Shown here piece by piece: positions 54,875 to 64,000 of a stretch of DNA of 64,000 nucleotides (within the stretch, counting starts at the first letter, position 1; every line of letters starts with the position of its first letter). Source of the DNA: Octopus vulgaris (Eukaryota); contig OX597822.1 in the NCBI GenBank assembly GCA_951406725.2, positions 3,410,001-3,474,000 on the forward strand. Direction: 5' to 3'. The notes beneath the pieces are model-generated. The model was not told where the DNA came from and did not search any database. It saw only the letters and a list, made by a program, of their open reading frames with translations. The position numbers and the translations under genes are program-made.

Positions 54875-55269
54875 CAGTAGTTTTATTTTTATAGCGTGCT
54901 TTCACTTCACTACCGAGCGCAGCTCTGTGTGCCTTGGGTATGTGCTGTGATTTGTTGTGATGCTCTGATGGTTATTGTATGGAAAGTGTTCTGCGTAGGA
55001 TGTGTGCAGTGCCTAGTAGTGCAATTTTCTGTATGTTATATGTGTTTGTAAGTCCTGGTGTTTTTGTTATGTATTTGTCTGAATATTTTTTTATCATGCC
55101 TAATGCACCTACTATGATAGGAATTGTTTCTGTTTTTAGATTCCACATTCTGGTTACCTCTATTTCCAGGTCTTTGTATTTTGAGAGTTTTTCCATTTCT
55201 TTTAGAGACACGTTGTCATCTGCCGGTATTGATACATCAATTAGAAAGCATTTTTTTCTTCATGATCTC

Positions 55270-55270
<1 letters not shown>
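54875..55270 (-). mobile_element. Young Dong/R4-clade LINE 3' end in (TAA)n
   Basis: Open frame RDHEEKKCFLIDVSIPADDNVSLKEMEKLSKYKDLEIEVTRMWNLKTETIPIIVGALGMIKK..IQKIALLGTAHILRRTL (REL endonuclease); both junctions in (ATT)n. Confidence 0.9.
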
Positions 55271-55333
<63 letters not shown>

Positions 55334-55449
55334 TCCCCTTGTTTACACATTTATAATGCAACCGTCACCTGTATCGTCCTGCACTGTCCTCAATATTTTT
55401 TTAAATCGTTGTGGTTAATAAAAAAAATGGTCGTCATTTTTATGCTCAT

Positions 55450-55840
55450 CACTAGTTAAGGTGTTTAAGTATGATGGTAAGCTTGTGGTTTCGATTCCCG
55501 AAACCGGTGACGCGTTGTGTACTTGAGCAAAACACTTCATTTTACATGCTCCCGCTGTCTCAGCTGGCAAAAGTGAGTAATCCGGCGTCCCGTTTCACGT
55601 GAGGAATATATACCTTACGGAAACCGGGGAAACCGGCCTTATGCCTCTATAAGACTCGTTAGCACGCCGGGCGTTATTTCGTCTGCCTTTACGTTCTGAG
55701 TTCAAGTTCCGCCGAGTTCGACTTTGCCTTTCATTCTTTCACGGTCGATAAATTAAGTACCAGTGAAACACTGGCATCGGTGTAATCCGCTAGATCTCTC
55801 CTACCAAATTTGAGGCCTTCTACCTTTATTAGAAACTATT
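55450..55840 (+). mobile_element. SINE C followed directly by SINE B
   Basis: ggtttcgattccc..gcgttgtgtacttgagcaaaacacttc, then gttagcacgccgggcg..ttctgagttcaagttccgccgag. Confidence 0.75.
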
Positions 55841-55992
55841 ATTATTCTTGTTGTTGTTGTCCTGGTTACTGCAATTTTGTTATGACTTGTTTTTGTCGTT
55901 AGCATTATGGGTAATATACCTGTAGGTGTCGATATTTTTATGCTCTCTTTTATATCCCTTAATAATGTTGCTTGTTTTCAGTATCATTATTT

Positions 55993-56426
55993 GGATCTAT
56001 TCGGTTTGAACGGCAGTTTTTAACTTAATTTCTAGGTAACTAAACACTTTTAAACTTCGTATACTGGTAGAATGTGTTTATAAAACATCTTTTTCTCTTG
56101 GCTTTATTGAGAAAATTCTATTGTTTGTAAGATATTTGTGGGTTTTTTCTCCAATTTCTGCAATTTCAACCAATCACTGACGTCCATTGAGGTAAACAAC
56201 ATTTTGTGCCATATGAATATGTCCCTCGTCTAAGAAACATATTGGGTTTCCTTAAATCCTTAAAAATGTTTTAGCCCGAAGGCCACAAAAAAATACCTTT
56301 CCCCCACCCCTAACCCTAACCCTAAAATAGATTGAAATGCCATAGATCGATATTAGGGTCATAATCATGGGTGACAATTTCATATGACACCGCTAGAAAA
56401 AACTGCCGGTCAAACCGAAAAGATCC
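55993..56426 (+). mobile_element. TTAGGG-containing MITE, copy 3
   Basis: Same TIRs as copies 1 and 2; perfect 8-bp TSD cattattt; ccctaaccctaaccctaa at about 56308-56325; short foreign segment at about 56250-56286. Confidence 0.92.
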
Positions 56427-56704
56427 CATTATTTTTTACACTAAGCTGTTAAAGATGTTATTATTTCTATGCTGTGTGTTATATATACTATTGTCTTTAT
56501 GGTTATAAATATTGCTACTGTTATGTGTGGTTATCATTGTTTTTATTTATCATGTATTTTATTTTGCGGTGACATGTCTATCACTGTTATTGCTATTATC
56601 TCTATTATATCTCTTATTATTGCTGCAAGTGTTGTTGCTGTTTTTATATATTATTCTTATTCCCAGTTCTGTCTAATATTACTATTGTTATTATTAATTT
56701 CATT

Positions 56705-58490
56705 GGTGAAGTCGACTAGCTGGCAAACTCTTTAACACGCCAGGCTAATTGCTTAGCGACATTTCGTCCGTCTTTACGTTGTGAGTTCAAATTCTGCTGA
56801 GGTCGATTTTGTCTTTCGTTCTTTTGGGGTTGATAAATTAAGTGGCAGCGAAACACTGGGGTCGATGTAATCGACTTGTCTCCTCCCGCAAAATTGCTGG
56901 TCCTGTGCCCTTAGTTTAAAGGACTCTTGATTTCATTGTTGAAGGCGGCGAGCTGGCAGAATCATAAGCACGTTTGTCGTTACGTTCTGAGTTCAAATTC
57001 CACCGAGGTCGACTTTGCCCTTCATCCTTTCGGGGTCGATTAAATAAGTACCAGTTAGGCACTGGGGTCGATATAATCGACTTAATCCGTCTGTCTGTCC
57101 TTGTTTGTCCTCTCTGTGTTTAGCCTCTTGTGGGTAGTAAAGAAATAGGTATTTCGTCACTCTTAACGTTCTGAGTTCAAATTCCGCCGAGTTTGATTTT
57201 GCTTTTTGTCCTTTTGGGGTCGATAAATTAAGCGCCAGCGAAACACTGGATTCGATGCAATCGACTTTTCCCATTCTCCAAATTTGCTGGCCGTGTGCCT
57301 TTAGTTTAAAGGACTACTAGTTTCATTGCTATGTTTCATATTTCCTGTATTGTATCTACTACAGGTGTCATTTATACTGGTTTCAAATTTTGCCACAAGG
57401 CCTACAATTTCAAGGGAAGGAGGTAAGTCGATTACAACAGCACCAGTGTCCAACTGGTAATTCTTTTATCAACTCTAGAAATATGAACGGTAAATCGACC
57501 TCGGTGGAATTTGAACTTAGAACGTAAAAACAGACGAAATGCCGCTTAGCATTTTGTCCGGTGTGCTAACGATTCGGCCAGCTCGCCGCCTTCAAACGAC
57601 AATAATAACCCTTTCTGCTATAGACACAAAGCCTGAAATTTGGTGGGAGGTAGTTAGTCGAATTCATCGACACCAGTGTGAAACTGGTACTTATTTTATC
57701 GACCCTAGAAAGATGGAAGGTAAAGTCGACCATGGCGGTATTTGAAGTTATAAAATAAAGACGGACAAAATGCCGTTAAGCCTACCGGATGAAATGCCGG
57801 CGTGCTAAAGATTCGGCCAGCTCGCCACTTTATTGCGCGTAGTAATTTATCGACGATGACACGAAAGAAAAAAGTCGGATGCCGCCGGGGTCGAGTTTTC
57901 TTTTCATCCTTTCGGGATGAATAAATTAAGTCCCAGTTGAGCATTGGGGGCCAGATCGATGTAATCGGCAGCTACCCTTCTCAAAATTGCTGGCCTTGTG
58001 CCAACATTTAAATCCAGTGTTGTTACTTTTGTTAAGGTGGCAAACTGGCAGAATCGATAGCACATGAGAAAAAATGATTAATGACATTTCATTCGTCTTT
58101 ACGTTCTGAGTTCAAATGCTATGGTGGACAACTTTACCTTTCCTCTCTTCTGGGGTCGATAAAATACGTTCCAGTTGAACACTGGGATCGTTATAATCGA
58201 TTTAGCCTCCGCCCCGAAATTGCTGGCCTTGTGCCAAAATTTGAAACCAATATTATTATCTGTGGTAGGAGAGGTAGAAGACAGAATCGTTAGGAAGCCG
58301 GATAATGGTTAACGTCATTTCGTGCGTCTTGTCATTCTGCGTTCAAAAGGCGGCCATGATCGAATTTGCCTTTCATCATTACGGGATCGACATAATAAGT
58401 ACCAGTTGGATACTGGGGGTTCAGTGTAATCGATATACACCGTACTCCAAAATCGGTGGCCTTGGTGCCAAAATTCGGAACCAGTATTAA
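56705..58490. mobile_element. Cluster of about 8 SINE B copies in mixed orientation (+ 56705-57320, - 57375-57830, + 57870-58490)
   Basis: Repeated gctggcagaatc..ttctgagttcaaattc..catcctttcggggtcgat units on both strands. Confidence 0.85.
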
Positions 58491-58647
58491 TGTTATTGCG
58501 AAAGTTATTGTCTGTAGATATAAGCGTTCCTGCTTTTATTGTTAGTCTGCTGTTAATACCGATACTGGCATTATCATTATAGTCTCTATTATAACTGATA
58601 TTGTTGTTATTCTTACTCTCAGTGTTATGTTTCTTTTATTGTTACTC

Positions 58648-58723
<76 letters not shown>

Positions 58724-58727
58724 CATT

Positions 58728-59166
58728 GAGTGAGAGAGCAGTGCATGCCATCAAAGTGACACTGGGGTAAAATATACGAAGCCCAGTATACCCATCATGA
58801 CTACCCGTCCGATAAGGGTACACTAGGCACATACATCACAACCATATGTGCGCGACATGGTGATCTCATATCAAGATAAATAGTCCATGACCTTGCAGGT
58901 TGGGCCCAGTTAGAATTTCCTTCTAGTTGAGTAACCCAATCCGCTCAAACGGTCCCCCAATAAGGGTTGTTTAAGGATGTTGAACGAAACACCCATGTTT
59001 CCAGAGGTGAATTATTTAAACCCCTAAGAATCCCTCTCAACACATGACTATGATGCTCCCCCACTACTTCTGCTCGTGATCAGAGATGCACATATCGTCA
59101 GCCACTAAGGGACATGCTTATCTGGTTAAGGTCAAGCAACTGACAAGCAAATATGTGGTATTGAGC
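58728..59166 (-). mobile_element. Non-coding ~440-bp element inserted in (TAA)n, possibly a non-autonomous Dong-mobilised element
   Basis: Non-microsatellite sequence bounded on both sides by (ATT)n; no ORF or TIRs; adjacent to a Dong fragment. Strand is inferred by analogy. Confidence 0.5.
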
Positions 59167-59167
59167 A

Positions 59168-59206
<39 letters not shown>

Positions 59207-59209
<3 letters not shown>

Positions 59210-59780
59210 TAGTTTTATTTTTATAGCGTGCTTTCACTTCACTACCGAGCGCAGCTCTGTGTGCCTTGGGTATGTGTTGTGATTTGTTGTGATGCTCTGA
59301 TGGTTATTGTATGGAAAGTGTTCTGCGTAGGATGTGTGCAGTGCCTAGTAGTGCAATTTTCTGTATGTTATATGTGTTTGTAAGTCCTGGTGTTTTTGTT
59401 ATGTATTTGTCTGAATATTTTTTTATCATGCCTCATGCACCTACTATGATAGGAATTGTTTCTGTTTTCAGATTCCACATTCTGGTTACCTCTATTTCCA
59501 GGTCTTTGTATTTTGAGAGTTTCTCCATTTCTTTTAGAGACACGTTGTCATCTGCCGGTATTGATACATCAATTAGAAAGCATTTTTTTCTTCATGATCT
59601 CTGATAACTATATCTGGTCTGTTGGCCTTAATTTCTCTATCTGTGTGTATCGGCATATCCCAGAGTATGGTTGCTTTCTCGTTTTCTGTGACCTTTTTTG
59701 GTGTGTGCCTATACCATCTTTTTTCTGTTGTTATTCCATAAATTTGGCATAGCTTCCAATGTATGTAGGTTCCAACTCTG

Positions 59781-59782
<2 letters not shown>
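59207..59782 (-). mobile_element. Young Dong/R4-clade LINE 3' end in (TAA)n, longer copy
   Basis: DRVGTYIHWKLCQIYG..ILWDMPIHTDREIKANRPDIVIRD.. (PD-(D/E)xK REL); near-identical to 54875-55270 apart from a frameshift in an A-run and a TGA in GALG. Confidence 0.9.
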
Positions 59783-59839
<57 letters not shown>

Positions 59840-60297
59840 GTTACTCTTATTGTTATTATTATTAAAGTATGTCATTATTGCTGTTATTGTTGTTATGGTC
59901 ATTGTCTGAACTTTATCTGATCCAACCACAGTGCTATCTACATTACATTGCTATTATGGCTATTTTCTCTGCATTATATGTTGTTGTAATTATTCATAGT
60001 TCTTATTGCCAAGAAATAAATACGCCTTCAATGAACCTCGTTTCTATCAATTCTTATTGAATACTTTGATCAATTCGACAACAGTTATTGAAATTACAAT
60101 AATGAGACCTTTTCACAAGACAAAATTCAACAATTTACCATGGGCATCGAAGATTTCTGATGCGGAGACATAAATCTGACTTGTCGGGCATTGTTAATTT
60201 TCAACAAATTTGATTATCAGGATGTATGAAAGCCGGGCGTTCAGTCCGGGATCCAGGCTATGTAGTGAATCCGTAAGATCAAGGAATAGCATGTGTT

Positions 60298-60411
60298 TTA
60301 CTTCTTCCGACTCTTTTGCACTGGGATTTCAAATCCCACCATGGTTAACCTGCATTTCTTCTCTTCCGGATCGACAAAAGGGTATAAAGACGGAGCAGTA
60401 GAGTAGTGGAT
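60298..60411 (-). CDS. Candidate last coding exon of an unidentified host gene (IHYSTAPSLYPFVDPEEKKCRLTMVGFEIPVQKSRKK*)
   Basis: Strong acceptor gttttattgtttcttacag|ATC, open phase-0 frame to TAA, protein-like composition, unique GC-richer island; upstream exons not identified in this window. Confidence 0.45.
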   Translation of the reverse strand: MHYSTAPSLYPFVDPEEKKCRLTMVGFEIPVQKSRKK

Positions 60412-61059
60412 CTGTAAGAAACAATAAAACGTCACGTGTGTTATTTCTCCCAGCTCTTTTGCATCGTGAATTAAAATCTACCGTGCTCAAGTTTACCATT
60501 TTTCTTTACCTTCTCGATAAGAAAAAGTACTAATCCAGAGCGGTGGATTAAAGGAACGGTAACGACGCTTTGCATCATTTATTCTGGCCTTCTGCGTTCC
60601 GAGTTCGAACCCTTAATGGCCTACTCGAATGGGCAATTTCATTCTTTGCCTAGTTTAATACATCCGCTTGACAACTTAGATGTCTTTAGAAGAGTCCACT
60701 GTTTGAACTGGGCCTCAACATACTCGCAGGCCCTATGTGGCCACTGCCTTCTCCTCTAACTAATAGATTTAAAATTACTTGGATGTTATCCCAACACCAT
60801 AGGAATAATTCCCACATATATAGCAATGATTAGTTTGCAAAGTATATATTTATATAATAGAAACCGATATAAATGTTGATTGGTTGGTTAGATGAAATCT
60901 CCAGCCACGCATTACATCGTATAGAAAGAGAATGAGGGAGACGGTGTAAGAGATATATAGGGGTACAGGATGAGTAGATATACGAGGCTTGGTCAGAGGC
61001 AATGAGTAAATGAAGGCTATGCAAAAACACAGTGAGAAAGAACCGTAGAGACAAAATAG

Positions 61060-61156
61060 GATGAGGAGGCGGAGGAGGCGGAGGAGGAGGAGGAGGAGGA
61101 GGAGGAGGAGGAGGCGGAGGAGGAGGAGGAGGCGGAGGAGGCGTAGGAGGAGAGGG
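61060..61156. repeat. (GGA)n tract
   Basis: Directly visible. Confidence 0.9.
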
Positions 61157-61559
61157 GACTAAATGACAAAGTAGTTATGGCAGCAGTTATACAGTGCAAA
61201 ATTTGTTTAATTAAATTTTCTTTTCAAAAATTGTTATTTATTTCATCCTTCCGCATAAGTACCAAGAAATTTTATGAAAATTAAATTACAATCATTTTCT
61301 AACATTAGTCATGATGGCAAAAGTATATTTCTAAAATTCACCGACGTATGACTATTAAGACATAGGTCTAAATGAGAAAACATACGAAACTAAAGCTCCA
61401 AAATAGCCTTACTAGTTGCCTTACTAGTCTTAAGTCACGGCGCTCATCGTTTTTGCAAGCTGTAATCCATATTGTCTTCTTGACAACATAACACAATCTT
61501 GCTAAGCACCTTTGTATCCATATCACAAATTGATTGTATTCCTACTAACAACCCCTACG

Positions 61560-62120
61560 CACAAAACCTGAAGTTTGGGGGGCGGGACTTGTCAATTACA
61601 TCGACAGTTGTACTTAACTGGTACTTATTTTACCGACGCCGAAATCTAGAAAGGCAATGTCGATCGCGGTGAAATTTGAATTCAGAACGCAAAGAGGAAC
61701 GAAATTCCACCACACGTTTTGTCCAGCTCCCCGCCTTGTATTCCTACTAATGATAGATTCAAATTTTGGCAAAAGACCAGTAGTTACGGAGATGGGTTTA
61801 AGTCGATTACAATAACCCTAGTGCTCCACAGGTATTTATTTTATCTCTCCCAAAAGGATGAAAGGAAAATTTGACCTCTCCGGAGATTGAACTCAGATCA
61901 TAAAGACGGACGAAATGCCGCCATTTTGTCCGGCGTGCTAACGATGCTTGCTATCTCGCCGCCTACTATCTTAACTAACGGTGCTTTCAAATTTTGGCTC
62001 AAGGCCAGCATTTTCAGGGGATTAATTCGATAACATCGTCTCTCAGTGTTTAACTGGTAGCTATTTCATCTGGCCTGAAAGTAAAGACGAACGAAATGCC
62101 GCGAAGCATTTCATCCGATA
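61560..62120 (-). mobile_element. Three tandem degenerate SINE B copies
   Basis: actggtacttatttt..gaatttgaa(c/t)tcaga..gacgaaatgccg units. Confidence 0.8.
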
Positions 62121-62224
62121 CTTTCGTATTTTACATTCCATTTTCATACTTTTATATTTCATTATATAAATAATACCACTGAGATGATTTTTTTCTCTCT
62201 ATTGATTTTGCTTTTGTTGCAGTT

Positions 62225-62241
62225 GATGATGATGGTGGTGG

Positions 62242-62276
<35 letters not shown>

Positions 62277-62365
62277 GTGTTGATGATGATGATGATTATG
62301 ATGATAATGATGATTATGATAATGGTGGTGGTGATGGTGATGGTGATGATGATGATGATGATGAC

Positions 62366-62429
<64 letters not shown>

Positions 62430-62448
62430 GTGATGGTGATGGTGATGG

Positions 62449-62510
<62 letters not shown>

Positions 62511-62537
62511 GTGATGATGATGGTGGTGATGATGATG
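62225..62537. repeat. (GAT)n tract followed by degenerate (GTT/ATT)n low-complexity sequence to about 63420
   Basis: Directly visible. Confidence 0.95.
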
Positions 62538-63424
62538 TTTTTTCATATTACTATGTTAGTGTCATGTCTGCAGTTGTTGTTATTGATGTCATCGTCGCTG
62601 TCGGTGTAATATACGTTGTTGTCAGTATTGTTCTTAATATTGTTATTACTAATTTTATATCATGTCTGTTGTTCCTGTTATTGTATCTGTTATTCTTGTC
62701 CGAATGATGTATGTTGTTATTGATGTTACACTTATTATTATTGTTATTCTTTGTGTTATGCTTGCCATTGTTGTTATCGCCACTATCTTTTTCATATCTC
62801 TCGTTACTGGTTACTATTGTTGTTGTTATTGCCACTATCATGTGTTGCTGCTGTTGTTATGGCCATTTTCTGTTCGAAGAATGTTAATACTTTTTTCTTA
62901 CTGTCTGACTCATGCCTGTTAGAGTTATTGTTGTTATTACTATTACCGTGTGGTTATTACCTGATGCTGTTGTTATTGTTACTGTCTGCATTATGCCTGT
63001 TGTTATCGTTGTTTTTGTTACTCTGTGTTATGCCCATCGTTATTTTCCTGATTGTTACTGTTTGTTGTACATATATTGTTGTTGACATTCTTGTTTCACG
63101 AAGCTGTTGTTGTTCCTATTTATGTTGCTTTTGCCGTTACTGTCTGTGTCCTGTCTGTTGTTGATATTATCATTACTGTCTGTGTCATTGTGTCCGGTAT
63201 GTTTAATTTTTGTTATAATTATTAATTTTATCATTATTGTATTTACTGAAAGTTATTTTTAGTACCATTGTTTCATCAATGTTTCGTCTGCAGCCATTGT
63301 TATAATCGATTATTACATCCCACGTATTGTTGTTTGCTTTGTTATTGTTTACTTATGTCTGTTGTTAATGATATTATTGTTAATGTTTTTGTTATGCTTG
63401 GCATTATTATCATCATTCTTAAAG

Positions 63425-64000
63425 AAAGCGGCGAGCTGGCAGAATCATTAGCAGGCCGGCCAAACTGCTTAACGGTATTTCGTCTGTTGATGTGTTCTGA
63501 GTTCAAGTTCCGCAGAGGTCGACATTGCCTTTCATCCTTACGGGGTTGAAAATTTAAGTACCAGTGAAACACTGGGGTCAGTCTAATTGACTAGTCGCTT
63601 CCCCACAAATTTGAGGTCTTTTGCCTTCAGTAGAAAGGGTTATTTATGTTACTGTGAAATGGCGAACTGGCAGAATGGTTAGCACACTGGACAAAATGCT
63701 TACTAGTATTTCGTCTGTCTTAACGTTCTGAGTTCAAATACCACTGAGAACGACATTGCCTTTCATCCTTTCCGGGTCGATAGAATAAGGATTCGTTGAA
63801 CACTGGGGTTCCTATGTAATCGACTTATCCCCTTCTCCGAAATTGCTGGCCTTGTATCAAAACTTGAAACCATTATTATTGTTATTATTCGGGCATCGAC
63901 TTGGCGTATTCGTTAGCAGCTGGGTATAATGCTTAGCCGCATTTCGACTCCTTTTACGTTCTAATTTTGACGAGGTCGACTTTGCCTTTTATTCTTTCCG
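63425..64000 (+). mobile_element. Three tandem SINE B copies (last one truncated by the window edge)
   Basis: gcggcgagctggcagaatcattagc..; ggcgaactggcagaatggttagc..; gaggtcgactttgcctttt. Confidence 0.85.

Overview
AT-rich eukaryotic, repeat-dominated DNA; the SINE families, (TA)n/(CA)n/(TACA)n/(ATT)n/(GAT)n microsatellites and TE complement resemble an octopod (Octopus-like) genome (recognised from memory, not database-confirmed). No complete host protein-coding gene is visible, and nearly all ORF-track entries are microsatellite or antisense-TE artefacts. Main contents: a decayed but structurally complete Ginger1-type DNA transposon with integrase and OTU protease domains (17240-20421); three copies of a ~435-bp MITE with GG termini, 8-bp TSDs and internal TTAGGG repeats; fragments of RTE, Tx1/L1, R4/Dong and Penelope-like retroelements, several carrying minimal hammerhead-ribozyme motifs; mariner remnants; three tRNA-derived SINE families, one in tandem arrays with signs of self-targeted insertion; a 1955-bp tandem duplication; several fold-backs; and a few unique islands with good splice signals on the minus strand (candidate terminal exon 60298-60411, candidate spliced transcript 44465-52824).
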